64,000 bases of DNA from Eledone cirrhosa. Its lineage: Eukaryota. The stretch is taken from positions 99,634,001 through 99,698,000 of the forward strand of contig OZ024742.1 in NCBI GenBank assembly GCA_964016885.1, read 5' to 3'. Below the pieces are notes generated by a model. That model was not told where the DNA came from. It saw only the letters and a program-made list of their open reading frames with translations, and did not search any database. The position numbers and the translations under genes were made by a program. Numbering within the stretch: position 1 is the stretch's first letter; the number at the start of each line of letters is the position of its first letter. This document shows positions 13,134-27,532 of the stretch, in pieces.

Positions 13134-15039
13134 ATATATATAAATGCATACATTTTTATTACGATATTCATATGACCAGTGATCCTTTAGCTCGCAAAAC
13201 TGAGTTCAATTCCTACTGTGAAATTCTTCGTTAACTATTTCATACAGACATGAATATATATTTGTTGTTATCAATGTTTTCTCCATTTATTAAGGGACAA
13301 GTCATGACCATTGACTAAGAAGTTCGCTAGCAATCATTAGATCTCGTGTTTGATCTCACTATGCAACATATTATGCAATTGTCGTTTACCATAGCAACGG
13401 AACGATTTTCTGATTGAAAATAGTTTGGAATCTCTGTAGAAGCCTATGGGAACTGTCTGTAATTAAAGGGCCAGCCTTGTTGTACAATATCATGCTATAT
13501 CTCCCTAATAATTTCTCAACGTCTTGCCCCCTAAGGTCACGAGCTAGCTGTTGTATTCATCAGACAACTGGAATATTGTTGTCGAAAGTGACTGTGGTAC
13601 ATTCCATTCCGTTCTACGTTAGTATATGCGAAAGGTCAAGGAAGCACATATTTGATTACATCACCTTTCGGACAGCAGTAGAAGATTCAATCCAGCTCAA
13701 TACATGAATCATTTATATTTGATCTATAATCCTTAATATTGAAACTGACTTAATATAATGTTATTAACTATTTTGGTTTAGCACCAATTAAACTTTGGTT
13801 AATCACATTTATGATGAAGCAATGCAGTCAGGAACAGGTTGACATATTTCAGTCATATTCTATCTAGAAATAAATATCTTATGCATCACTCCTTTTGTAA
13901 GGCGATGGATTGTAATGTGCTGATATTTAGCTTCTATTTCTAGCAGTGTTCATGACTACAGAATATCTTTGGCTTTAAAATTTGTTCGTTTTTTAGTTCT
14001 TTAGTTTGAATAAATGAATAAATAAATAGATAAATAAGCAACCAATTGTTTTTATAAGTTACTGGTACTCATTTGTGAATTTCGGTTTTGGCTTTGGCAG
14101 AAAATCAACTCGGATTTTGAGGGAAACAGCTAAATACTACAGGACATGTAGTTTGATGGCAATACACAGCTTGTAGTACCAAAATCCTTTCTTGAACGTC
14201 AGCCTCCGAATTTTGTTAACCATTTTTTCTATCGAATCGGATGAGTTCAGTTTAAGGTCGTGAGCTAAATACCCTAAATGGTACGCCATGACTTCATTTT
14301 CTGTAAATTAACCTATGAAAAAAAGTATTTCTTGGCCTTGTTCATGCTTTCTTAATTTACGCCAGTAGATGACAGAATTTTAGCGCATGGATGCAATCCC
14401 GTTCAAGATTTACTTACATCGTTCCGAGTTCATATCTTAGTAAATTCTACCTTTCATTACAGTTTAGTCAAATTTACTTTTCGTTAGTTCGATGTAAATA
14501 ACACAAAGTACCAAACCGACTATGCTAGACAGTATCATATAAATGATATACCAGTCCAGGACAAAGGCTTAATGGAATCTTTAGAACATTAGACGATTCT
14601 TTGTCTTCTAATTTCTTCATGGGTAGACATAATTCATCACCCGGTTTAACACCACCATATTTTCTTTCGTTACTTTTAGCAGATTTCTCTTTGATACAAA
14701 CATTGAAGTTCGGTCACCAGTTTGAAAATAATTAGTTCTCATCACTTTTCGAGGCTCTGCAAAAATATATGTTTATGGGCATTGCATTTTTTTCCTTGAG
14801 TGGAACAATAAAAGAATCGAACAAGCAACGTAAGGACAACCCGATGGTTTTAATATATTTATTTTTTTTCGTTTAAATACGGTCTACCATTTTACAACTT
14901 TGCGACTGTGGAGCAAATAATCAATATCAATTAAATTCATCGAAATGTTGCAATAATAGAGGGTTGTTATAGAGAACTATCTTCGTTCACAAAATTCATA
15001 TTGTTTTTGTCTGCGATAATTAAGAGGATGTTCAATACT

Positions 15040-16042
15040 GTAAATGTGAAACTTGAAAATGTCGATAAAAGAAAAGTGTCTGTCTTCAGGCCTTTCAACG
15101 TGGTCCACCACACAAGCTTCGCTACGGCCACCAGAGACGGGAAAATTACCTGCCCTTCCTGATCAATAAAAGACAGTGGGGTGATATTTACTATGGACTC
15201 TGTCGAGAGCCGAATACGTTCTATATTCGTCATCAGCTGTTCGACATAACTCCACAAGTCAGTAATGCATGGACACTGGAAGAGTGCGTGCAGAACGGTT
15301 TCGTCGCTCTGCGTGCATCACTGGCAGGTAGTCAGACAGCACTACCGTGCCTGTAGAGTTTATCTCGGACAAGCAGTACTCTCCGGTAGCACTGCAGAGC
15401 GAGGAATTTCTAGATGTTATCCATAGTCCATGGATAGAAAGTCCTCCGGAACAGACTGGTCAGTTAGACTTAGTCGACGCGCAGATCCTCTCTGAGTGCG
15501 TCGTCACACTTTCCCACCACTAATCCTCAATAGAACTCAATAATGGAAGTTCCACTGACCGCATTGCCCGCCTGGTAGATGGCAGTGAGCACCTGCCAAC
15601 ATTATAGATGCCACGCATCCAATACTGGTCTCCTCTTGACCCAGGGCTGCAGCTCAGTCAAGGAGACGAGTTGCAGAAAGGCCTGTCTTACACACGGTGA
15701 CCACACCTGGTCACTGTTTAGGCAGAATATATAGAGATGCCGCAGCCTCTCATCAGGTAGAGATTGTCCTGTATGGCCTGGTAGGGATTGCGCAAATTTG
15801 CGCCTCCCCTACCAAATCCTTGACCAAAAGCGCCAACCTCTTCGCTGACAGATTAGCCAAATTATTAAACTCTGTGTTGAGCAGAGTTATGGGCCTGAAG
15901 TTGTATAATGTGTCCCTCTTGTTCTCGTCTTTCCTCATCAGCGTCACTACGCTCAGGCTCACAGAACTGAGAATACTCCTGTTCTGCTGCCAGTTGCAGT
16001 AGAGCACTTCGACAAGGTCGGAAAACACGTCTGGCATATCTA
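15040..16042 (-). mobile_element. Degenerate Tx1/L1-like element (RT start + C-terminal zinc finger), internally deleted
   Basis: RPITLLNTEFNNLANLSAKRL...AQICAIPTR; CQ*CTQSDETVLHALFQCP (zf-RVT-like); LVAVAKLVWWT. Confidence 0.8.
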
Positions 16043-16407
16043 CGTAAATAATAATACGATCTGGGTTCACAATATCGCATGTTTTAATCATATCTACGAT
16101 AGTACGCATCCAACATTTTAAGCTAGAGTATAAGGTTATAGCCTGTATTTTGAACGCCGTTCCAGCCGTTATAATTCTTTATTATTTTCTTTTCGTACTT
16201 AGATTTAGAGTCACATTAACAATATATTTGTTTCCTCTTGGTGAAATGTGCATGATTGGTTTTAAGGAAATAATTCTGGTGTTAATGCTAAGAGATTAAG
16301 CGACATCACCTCTCGTTGTTATTGTTGGTGGCAGGCCTCTGATCAATGTTATTTCTTTTACGCATAGTGTACTCCAGGCATGAGTAAGAAGCTTGCTTCA
16401 TGATAAT

Positions 16408-16624
16408 GGTTTCTTATATAGGCACAAGGCCAGCAATTTGAGAGGAGAGGAAAGTCGATTAAATCGACCCCAGTACGTGACTGGCACTTTATTTTACCGA
16501 TCGTTTAAGGATGAAAGGCAAAGTTAACCTCGGCGGGATTTGAACTCAGATCATAAAGAACCGTAACTCTATGCTGCAAAGCATGGCGTCCGACCCTCTA
16601 CCGATACTGCCAATCCACCGCACT
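16408..16624 (-). mobile_element. tRNA-derived SINE with about 19-bp TSD, nested in an older SINE
   Basis: Reverse complement of the SINE consensus; AAGCTTGCTTCAT(G/A)ATAAT at 16389 and 16625. Confidence 0.88.
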
Positions 16625-17136
16625 AAGCTTGCTTCATAATAATATTTTAATTGTTCGACGTAGCGTCTTTCAAAATTGTTTTTAATATAGCCTTAAGCCA
16701 AAGCTGGCTATGTGAGTTAACTTAGGTTGACGGAAAATATTTATAAGCCTGTTGGATGGATTGATTCTATAATTCAAAGGTCTAACAATGTCACCTGTTG
16801 TGTCACGCTGAGTGTACATGAGAAATACATTCAAGTTACATCTGCTGAATACTCAATCTCGTATATATTATTACACAATTTAGACGTTTGAGAGACATTA
16901 GACTGCTATGTCTAGCAAGTAAAACGAACACCTAGAAGCAAGGCACAAAATCCGTAACTTTATTGATGTCTTTTGACAGTCATTTTTTAACTTCCGATAC
17001 ATCCCTCTTTAATTCTAATATTCCCTACTTAAAAAGTGAGACTCCCTTGGCGATTATGAGGATCATTTTCGTAAAGAACATAGGATACCAAAAGGGTGAA
17101 TTATTTCACATTCACATGCAGACACACACATATATA

Positions 17137-17192
<56 letters not shown>

Positions 17193-17799
17193 TCAATTAG
17201 CACAGATTAATAGTCCTATCTACCCCGGAAGGGTAGATGGTACTATTGACCCGGATATAGCCTAACCAATTGAACTGCAGAGTCGTGACTGGATATGTAG
17301 ACATTTGATACAACATTATACATTATCACTCAACGATATCATATGGTGTAGCCTGGATCTAGCAACTTCACTATTAACAGGGGTAAGATATCTTAACTTC
17401 GTAACTACAGTAATATCTTAAGCAGACATATTGTAAAGGGATCAATCTCCCCTTCCTGTTAAATCTACGCAGCCAAAACAACGTCGACGACGACAACCAG
17501 CATTATCTCCACCAGCACCACTAGCATCTACAGTCTTGTTAATTTTCTTAGGAGCAGATTGGCAAACTACCATGGCTGTTAAGCTGGCAGTAAGTTGAAC
17601 ATTTGAGAGAATAAAAAAACGAATGCAGAGAGCCACACCCGGGTACAGAATGCGAAAATAGATACGTTTAAATGCGTGTGTGTGTATATTTGTGTATGTG
17701 TGCGTAGATATTTATTTACATTCATGTAGATAAGAATATATAAATATGTGAGTGTGTCAGTGTGACTGGGTCTGCCTGTGTGTGCCTCAGTGTAACTGG

Positions 17800-17836
<37 letters not shown>

Positions 17837-18289
17837 AGTGTGACTGGATCTGTGTGTGTGTATATATACTAGATGTCTTCACGTTTAGACATATAAGTTA
17901 TTTTGTTATGTAAATAGGTTTATTATGAAATGAATGTGTGTATACAAAATTATATCTATCAATACATAAACATATATTTGAATTATAGTGCTGCAAAGAT
18001 ACATGACAATAATTATCGCTCATAATCTATAATCGGCCAAATAAACTCTGAACATAAAGGGACAAAGACACCTGCCCGGTATCGAACACTGCAGTTTTTG
18101 GATGCCAGGCATTTTTAATCATTTTTTAATCATTTAAACACCGGGGAGCTAACGCCCTCTGGTGATGTCGAGCAGAAGCAACTTATGCAGCTTCATATGC
18201 AAATTAGATTAATCACCTCATTTACACAGACGAGAAAACTATATATTCTCACCTGTCTTCTAGTCCAGCAGTCGCAAGCGGTGGTGGGG

Positions 18290-18333
18290 ACCGTCCTGAC
18301 GAAGGACAGTTAAGCCTGAAATGCATAGACGGT
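18290..18333 (+). ncRNA. Minimal type I hammerhead ribozyme
   Basis: ACCGTC-CTGACGA-AGG acagttaag CCT-GAAA-TGCA-TA-GACGGT; 6-bp stem I, palindromic stem III. Confidence 0.9.
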
Positions 18334-18503
18334 TGTCCCCCTTGCCTCTGCTGGACATCACCAGAGCGCGTTAGCCCCCACCCCCACCCTTCCTTCCCTG
18401 GTGTTTGCATAGATTCGGCTTCCTAAAACCGTATTTCTTTGGAGATACGTAATATTTATACAAATTGTATAAAGCTATGCTTGAAGCGAAATCCTATTTC
18501 TTT

Positions 18504-18541
<38 letters not shown>

Positions 18542-18650
18542 GAGTCAGGTGTGATCACCATATCGATCGTGCCTCCAGCTAGTCGCCCGAGAAATATTTG
18601 TAATATGTCCAATAAATTCCTTTCATCGCAACACTGATTCCCTTTTTTCT

Positions 18651-18696
<46 letters not shown>

Positions 18697-18831
18697 TATA
18701 TATATATATTATTCAAAATATTAATAAATGAATACATTCACACAACTGTGCTGATGGTTCTATTCCAGTCTTGGCAAGACTGGAATTGAACCATCAGCAC
18801 AGTTGAGGAATGTCATACATCAATTTATACA

Positions 18832-18893
18832 TTTTATCTGATGAGGACGTACTGAAAAAACAGCACAGTACCTCCGAAATATATATAATAAAA
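18832..18893 (+). ncRNA. Minimal type I hammerhead ribozyme
   Basis: TTTTAT-CTGATGA-GGACGTACTG...CAGTACCTCC-GAAA-TATATA-TA-ATAAAA. Confidence 0.88.
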
Positions 18894-19037
18894 CATATAT
18901 TTTGATTATGTGAATGTATCCATTTATTAATATTTTGAATAATATTAATAACTCCGGAAAACTTCACTGTTGAGTGCTTTTAATCTAATGTAAAATTATA
19001 TTCATTGAATAATCAATGAACCTTGTTTAACATTTGG

Positions 19038-19105
<68 letters not shown>

Positions 19106-19241
19106 GCAGTTCGGATCTAGCTATCGAAACGGCCGGAGCTCAGCCGTCGGGGTCCTGACTCTTTTCATATTACCCACTGCACTAACCAAATTATCGAGTA
19201 CTCTGGTACGTTATGGTCCACCTGGTATCTTACACCTTCTT

Positions 19242-19350
<109 letters not shown>

Positions 19351-19747
19351 ACTTTCTTTTACCATTGCTCAGAGTTTCGCATTTCCTGTATTCACCGCAA
19401 CGGAGGAAACGCAAATATCTCATTACCAGCGGGGAACAAATGAACAAATTTCGCAACATATGTGTGTATGTAAGTGTTTCTGCTAGTATACATGTATTTA
19501 TATACGTTTTAGCTTCTTTTGCGGGAAGCTTTGCTAGATATTTTTAACCAGACATTGACATATTTCTCTCCAGTTGCTCAGTCAGTGACGCAAATACACA
19601 CATACGCAACACATACTCACACACTCATGCGCATACACACACAAACACCTACATATATATTCACAAAAAAAAAAAATATATATATATATATGAGTGTATG
19701 TGTATTGATATATAAACGCATATACATGTGTGTGTATATTATATGTA

Positions 19748-19813
<66 letters not shown>

Positions 19814-19987
19814 CATATATATATGTATACATATACGTATATATGTATATATACGTATATATATATATGTATACATATATATATATATTTATATGTATAC
19901 ATATATATATATTTATATATATATATATGTATACATATATATATATATATATATGTGTGTGTGTATATACATATATATATATATATA

Positions 19988-20143
<156 letters not shown>

Positions 20144-20807
20144 TATATATATATATATATACGTACGTAAAAGGTAGTTAGTCATATTGAAAAGCCATCA
20201 ACTGTGCTAACCATAATCCCATTACGTGTTAATGAGATGCTCTAGAAATGCAATGCCTGATGTAAGAAACAGGTGAATAATGGAAGCCATATGGTTTTAA
20301 TTAGGCGTAAAGTCTTAAGCAAGTAAGACTTAAGTGACTTAACCCAGCTGACGTTATTATTTACTACCAGTCGGAACCAAACTGCCTTGCGTGTTACAAA
20401 GACGGTAAAGGCCTGCCATATATCATATGTGTGGAAACGTATTACTACCAAAGCACAACAGCAAATGTAAATAAACTGGTGTAAAACACAGTTGCATGTG
20501 CAAAACACTCAGGCAAGAACACAACAGCAAGTGCATAAGACCCAGGTTTTGGAGACATCTGTGCCTAGAAAAATATATCATTAAATTTATAAATATGTAT
20601 AGATATAACTTATATAGGTCTCTACTTTAGGTGAGTAAACTTGAGTGAAAACAAAGTTGTTTAAATCGACTCTAGTATTTAACAGTTACTTTATTTTAAC
20701 GAGCCAGGTGGGATTTGAAATCAGAACGAAGAAAGCTGGAACAAGAATGTATATACACATGTAGGATGTAAATACCTTTAAAACGCCGATGGATAACCAT
20801 GCATATA

Positions 20808-20878
<71 letters not shown>

Positions 20879-21009
20879 ATACTTTGGGAGGGTCATGTGG
20901 CCAATAAAAACACACGCACCTGTTGGTTTTCACTTCAAATTATTATGAATTTCCGGTTGGCTGGCTGGTTGGTTGGTTGGTTCGATAACCGGATGGTTGT
21001 TTATATATT

Positions 21010-21052
21010 GTCAAATCTCTTTCGTCACACATTCTGTTACCTCCTCAGTGAC
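21010..21052 (-). ncRNA. Type I hammerhead, partly decayed
   Basis: Minus strand GTCA-CTGAGGA-G-GTAACA gaatg TGTGAC-GAAA-GAGA-TT-TGAC. Confidence 0.7.
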
Positions 21053-21179
21053 TTTCAAAAACGGAGTATATATATATGTATATATATATACACATGCACA
21101 TATATGCCGTTATTATTTTTACACACACACATATTATTACACGACTCTAGTACTCTCAACTCTAGAAAACCTAACATAT

Positions 21180-23490
21180 TATGAAAAGGCCCAACACTAC
21201 ACACAATAGAAAATAATAAGAAAACTAATATCCCTAACAACCATTTACAAAGAAGGCCTTACAGACAAGGAATACAACTACATCACCAATTTCAAAAGCA
21301 GAATCAGCCTCTTCTACGGTATCCCAAAGACACACAAAAGCGAAGTAATAGGTAGGGCCTGCAAGCAAGCCACAGATATTTACATCAATATAACCCCTCC
21401 TGATGACCTTAAATTAAAACACATAATAGCAGATACTAGATGTGAAACCCACCGCCTAAGCAACTTCCTAGATATTCTGTTTAAACCTTTCCTAAAACAC
21501 ATAAAAAGCTTCATAAGGGATGATCTTGACATGCTCAACCACCGCCCAACAACACTCAATAATGAACATAACCTACTAGTAACCTTTGATGTCATCAATT
21601 TATATTCCAATATCCCACACAACTTAGGTATAGAGGCAATACAATTCTGGCTTGAACATTTCCCTAGTGAACTCTCACAGCGCATCCCTAATGAATTTGT
21701 GTTGGAGGGACTCAAATTCATCTTGGAAAACAATTTCTTCGAATTCAACGCCAAATACTACAGACAGAAATCTGGGACTGCCATGGGCACGAAAGTAGCC
21801 CCCTCATACGCCAACCTTGTCATGGGATATTTGGAAACCACTCTCTACCGCAAAGTTCTAGACAAATACAGCAACCACTTCTACCAACACATAGAAAAGA
21901 ACTGGAAGAGATATCTGGACGACTGCTTCATCCTCTGGCATGAAAGTATAGATAGACTGATTGAGTTTAAAACCCTCTGATGGACTCAACACAAACTTAC
22001 AATTCACAATGGATTACAGCCATGAACAACTCCCTTTCCTCGACATCCTCATCAAGAAAACAAACAACAAAATATAAACAGGCATATACTACAAACCCAC
22101 AGACTCCAAACAATACCTTCCATTCAACTCATGCCACCCTAGACACACCAAAATGGCAATTCCTTATAACCTAGCCAGAAGGATCTGCACAATAGTTTCA
22201 GATAAATACACATGCTACACACGACTAGAAGAATTAAAAACACACTTATCAGCAGAAACTACCCACCATCCCTAATCAACAATGGATTCCAACGCCCCCT
22301 ATAACTCGACATCCAGTAACTCAGACACCCAAACCCAGAAATGAACCGCAACAGAAAAACTCTACCATACATTTCCACACACAATCCCCTCAACAATGAC
22401 GCATTCGACACCATCCTCCAGAACATTCCTTTACTAAAAAGAGACCCAAGAATGAAAAAAATCCTCCAAACACACAACATTATAAAGAGCAAAAGACAAC
22501 CTAAATCCATAAAAAACATCCTCACACAAGCCAAAATCCAACAAACCCCCACAATGAACCCTACAGTAACAAAATGCGGAAGGCCCAACTGTGGCATAGG
22601 CATAAATCTAATAGAAGGTTCAACATTCCATTTTAAACAAGGACAATATTTCACAGTTAAACACAACTTTACATGTGCATCTGAAAACCTAATCTATGTT
22701 TTGACCTGCTCAGGTTGTCAAGAGCACTACATAGGACAGACAAAGAACAGCCTCCGACAACTTATGACCGTCCATAGATCACAAATCAAAATACAGGAAT
22801 ACAGAAAGATTGCGTTTAGTGAACATATCGCCAATTCTGCACCCAACCAACATCCAAACTTTAAAATTTTCCCCATTTACAAATTCATAGTCAACGCTAT
22901 TTTCATCCATCGTACCAATAAGGACACGTACTTCATTAACAAATTCCAACCTCTACTTAATGCACTAAACTTCGGACTAAACTAAAACTGGAACAAACAA
23001 TCAAACATTTGCAAATACCTATGTCTCTCTAAAGAGTTACCTCCCTAAATAAATTAAATAGCATCCAGTATGAATTACCTCCCTCTGCATATCAACTCTC
23101 TAAAAAGGGAAATCATGTCAAACCCCACTCCACCAGTTCCCTCCATCATGGATCAACTAAGCACTCTTGCTATATTGACAGATTTTGATCTGCTTATCTT
23201 CAAGAACTATACCTGTAAATAACATTATTTTTTCTTTCATATTGCGCTATTATGCTCCACATTACGCCCCTCTTTTTCTTTTTTCTTTTCACTTCATACA
23301 CCTTGTTTGTAAATGACATTGTTCTTTCTGCACCATTTCTTTAACATGTCCAACACCACCATTCTACACAAATACATATTATTATCATTTGATAATGCAT
23401 AAAAATGCTGAAACCGATAATAGACAATTATTAAATATATGAATAAGTAAATAAATGCCATTGTTAATTAATAAATGAATCAACTAATAC
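21180..23490 (+). mobile_element. Penelope-like element (RT + GIY-YIG endonuclease), frameshifted
   Basis: LLVTFDVINLYSNIPH, YYRQKSGTAMGTKVAPSYANLVMG, WKRYLDDCF (21531-21980); CGRPNCG, NLIYVLTCSGCQEHYIGQT...H, YFINKFQPLLN (22341-22985). Confidence 0.95.
23381..23428 (+). ncRNA. Decayed U3-A8 variant hammerhead in the PLE 3' region
   Basis: TTGATAA-TGCAT aaaa ATGCT-GAAA-CCGA-TA. Confidence 0.6.
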
Positions 23491-23670
23491 CTTAACACTT
23501 CACACAAAGTAAAATATTTCGTTTTAATAATTTTTTAACCCAGAAAAAAGAGACAAAGAAATAAAAAGGGAAAAAAACATATATATATATTTTTTTCTTC
23601 CTAATAATCGTCTTTTTCTCCCTGTTTTCATATATATATATATATATTTGGAAATTCTGCTTCGAGGGAT

Positions 23671-23769
23671 AGAGACGTATCTGAAGAACTTGCGATTTCA
23701 GAGTCAGGTTCGATCCTCGCATCGATCGTGGCTCCACCTAGTCGCCAGAGAAACGATTGTAATATCTCT
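23671..23769 (+). ncRNA. Type I hammerhead with long stem II
   Basis: AGAGACGTAT-CTGAAGA-a CTTGCGATT...AGTCGCCAG a-GAAA-CGATTG-TA-ATATCTCT; a 5'-truncated relative lies at 18541-18655. Confidence 0.75.
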
Positions 23770-23818
23770 AATAAATTCTAATTCGTCGCACCACTGATTC
23801 TCCGTTTCTTACGTGATA

Positions 23819-23853
<35 letters not shown>

Positions 23854-23964
23854 GAAAACGTCGGGGTCATACTTTTTCCTATTACCCACTCTACTACCCT
23901 AAGTATTGAGTACTCTGGTGCGTTATGGTCCATCTTGTCTGGTTCCTTACCACATCTCCTTCGT

Positions 23965-23996
<32 letters not shown>

Positions 23997-24038
23997 GAAA
24001 ATAAAACAAAGAAGCCTTCAATACATCAAAAGTCTTTA

Positions 24039-24081
24039 TTAGCCAACAATGTTTCGTCCTATTAAGGACTCATTAGGGCAA
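24039..24081 (-). ncRNA. Hammerhead with G5A core mutation, probably inactive
   Basis: Minus strand GCC-CTAATGA-GTCCT taat AGGAC-GAAA-CATTG-TT-GGC. Confidence 0.7.
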
Positions 24082-25209
24082 TCAAAACCACAAAAAGTAC
24101 TATCGGCCAATACAAGCCGAAGAATATGGAGTGTACATACACTAAAGTATTGGAAGATTATGGGTAAAAATATATAATAAAAATCACTAAGGAGGTGGAT
24201 AACATTTTGAACCATATTACAAATATAGTCCAAAGCCAAAAAACTAAAGGTGGTTATATAGAGCAGGGAATTATAGTACTATATATAATACAATATAATA
24301 TAATATAATATACTTGTAACAATATTAAAATTAAAATTAAAATTAAAAGGCACAATATACATATGTATATATGTACGCACACGTACGCACATATACATAT
24401 ACATCAATACACATTTCCATCATTAACAGCACAAATAAACCTTATTAAGAGTTTAAATATAAATAAGCATAATAGGAATAAAAATAATAATAATACGTAT
24501 GTCTAATATACAGTATAACATGAAGTAATGAAATGATTAAAAGTAACACATATAATATATAATAAACTATATAATTATATAATATATAATATAATATAAT
24601 ATAATGTTTTATTTTCATAATTCTTCGGCTCTGTTTAATTACATTGAGCTATACCTTTTACTGTCATTTCTATAATACGAAGAGGGTGTTTAACTCCAAC
24701 ACGCTCCAGTATTTTAATCCTTATATATATATATATATATATTATATTATATTATATTATATTATACTATATTATATTATATCATTTTATATAAATTACA
24801 TTATTTAGTTATGTTAATACACGTAACAAAAACCGCTAGCTAAGTTTGAAGTTTGAATTATAACCATCTTTAAGTTAATAATTTTTTTAATTTTTTTCAT
24901 TCAGAGGTTCATAATCCACGCACATGTTCTCAAAATAAATTGTTTGTTTACATCCTACCCGAGTCCTGTACCATAAAATAACAGACAATTGGGACCCCAG
25001 CGTTTTGATGCGATTAGTGCGCTTAGTCAACCAATGTAGATTTGATGTGAGTTTGAGTTCCATGAGCGTTGCTGTCTACATTTTCCGGTCTCCAGAAACT
25101 TATAAACCCGACTTGTTAGAATATTACTGAAAGTAAAACTAAATGTGAGTTGAACATGTTTACCTTAAGGAAACATGGATATATAGATACATATGCATAA
25201 ATATCTGTG

Positions 25210-25262
<53 letters not shown>

Positions 25263-25324
25263 TCTTTTACTCTTTTACTCTTTTACTTGTTTCAGCCATC
25301 CGGCTGAGGCCATGCTGGGCCACC

Positions 25325-25671
25325 GCCCTTGTTGCTACACATTTCATCTCCAGCCTGTTTTGGTTGGCCATTGGTGCAAGAGGGAATTCGTTGCTGCTGC
25401 CCTTAGGTTTGCCTCGTGCCGTGCTGTGCGTCCGGGATCCGGGATAACAGGGTGTCGAGATATTTCTTGAAAACATCCACGTCCACGCCATGCAGATCTC
25501 TCAAATCGCTCGGTAGTTTGTTGAAGAATTGAGGGCCTTTGAACCCCAGGCTATTGCAGTATCTGCTCCTTATTCTACATGTGGAAGATGGGACTTTTGG
25601 CACCACACAGAGACTTCCTGTTCGGGGGTTGTTCCAGCTCCCAATGCCAAAGTTTGGTGCTAGTCCCTCCA

Positions 25672-25672
<1 letters not shown>
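25325..25672 (-). mobile_element. CR1/L2-like LINE 3' fragment
   Basis: RYCNSLGFKGPQFFNKLPSDLRDLHGVDVDVFKKYLDTLLSRIPD. Confidence 0.75.
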
Positions 25673-25708
<36 letters not shown>

Positions 25709-25710
<2 letters not shown>

Positions 25711-27532
25711 GTAAAATTTGAACAGGAACAAAACGCTCTGGAGAGTGGGGTGGTGGTGGGGAACGACGTTTCGGGCATAAGCCCTTCCTCAGGTGAGAAG
25801 TGTGTGGGAAGAGAGCTCAAAGGGTGTGTAGGGGAGTGGTGGAGAGACATATAGCGAAAAGGGGGTGGGAGGAAACGGTGCGAATGAAATTAAAAATAAA
25901 AATAAAAATAAAGCATGATCAAAATAAAATGAAATGAAATAAAAATAAATATAAAAGCATGATCAAAATAAACTGAAATTAAAAAGGGGGTAAAACAGGT
26001 GGTGGAAGGGTGTGGGGTGTGTAGGGGTGGTGGTGGGTGGAGTGGGGAGAGGGAGAGGGAGACGGGGTGTCTGAGCGGGGAGGGCTGAAGGTGGTGGTAT
26101 GTGTGTAGGTGTACGTGTGTGTGTGTGTGTATGTGAAAGCAAGTGTTGGGGGAAGAACGGGGTTGCATGTTCAGGAAGAGGTGTGTGTCGGGTGGGGTGT
26201 AGGTCGGAGTGTGTGTGCGTGTGTGGATAGAGGGGTGGGGGGAGAGGAATCTGGAGGCTGAAGGTGTAAATATGTGGTGGAAAGTACGTGTGTGTGGGGT
26301 TTAAGCGTGATGTGGGTGTAGGTGGCGTGTGGGAGAAAAAAAAAATGTTTGGGTGTGTGTGTGGGTGAGTTATATAGGTGATTCCGTAAGAGGATGTGGT
26401 TGAAATGTTGGTAAACTCCTATGATGGTAGTAGATTCCACGGTGGTCAAGTTCCACATACGAGTATTCCATGAAGAGATGGTCGGAAGAGGAGAGATGTG
26501 GGGTGCGCTGCGCGCGCAACAGGAACTGGTCAAGGCGGTGGGAGTGCTGTGTCTCTGTTTGTGCTGGGAGGTGGTCAGAGGGCATAGCAGCAGTCGGGTG
26601 GAATGGTAAAGGGGCGAGGATGGGTAGGTGTGAAAGTTGGAGTGAGGAGGGTGTGTGTGTGTATTAGTAGAGGTGTTAGTGGGATGAGTGAGTGTGGAGA
26701 AAGGGTGTGGGTGGAGCGGGGAGAGAAGGGTGTGGGGGTCGATGGAGGGAGTGTGGTGTACTGGTGTGTGTGTAGTTTGATGAAGGGGGTGTTAGTGGGT
26801 GTTAGTATACGGGAGATGGAGAAAGGGTTGAATGCAGGTGTAAGTGGGGGTTAGTGGTGGTAGGGTGTGTAGAGTTGGTGGTGTACGAGGGTGTGTGGGT
26901 ACGTGTGCGTGGGGTTGGGGGGTGTTAGTAATGTTAGTTGCGTGTGGGGTGGGTGGTGTAAGTGGGTGCGTGTGTTCGTGTGCTTGGGGTCAGGGGGTGT
27001 TAGTGATGTTAGTTGCGGGGTGGTGGGATGGAGGTGTGGGGGTGAGGGTTAGTGGTGGTAGTAGGGTGTGTGTTTAGTGTGAGCGCGTGTATATATGTGC
27101 CGGTGGGTGTGTGCGTGAGATAAGGAGGGGGAGGAGAAGAAGGGAGGGATGTTAGTATGTTAGTTGGGGAAGGGTGGTCGGATGAGGGGTGGTGTGGAGG
27201 TGTTAGTATTGTTAGTTGTGGGGTGGGCGGTGAAAAGGAGGGGTGTGTTAGTGGTGTTAGTGGGGAATATGTGTAGGGGGAGGGGGCGGTCGAAGGCTAA
27301 AGGAATAAGGGTGGGGAGTTCAGGCCGGGGGGAGTGTGGGTCTGTAAGATGAAGATGGTTCTTTGTTCGACTCTGAGGAGATTGGCGGGTGATCCGTGGC
27401 ATTGGAGTAGGCCACAGACTGTGAGATGGCGTGCGGAATGTCCAGGGTCACCAAAGTGGCGGGCGATGGGGGAACTACCACCGAGACGAATATCCCGGAG
27501 GTGCTCAGTGAATCGGTCCGCCAGGCGACGTC
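25709..27532 (-). mobile_element. Degenerate Penelope-like element with 3' hammerhead (25762-25795)
   Basis: Minus strand CTGAGGA-A-GGGC ttat GCCC-GAAA-CG-TC; weak RT-motif remnant PATLVTLDI; homologous to 43022-43645; bounded by (TA)n. Confidence 0.6.

Noticed and set aside
19360-19435. Possible minus-strand hammerhead (GCGTTTCCT/AGGAAATGC-GAAA-CTCTGAG)
   Set aside because: No recognisable YUGANRA core or UH site; at most a decayed remnant
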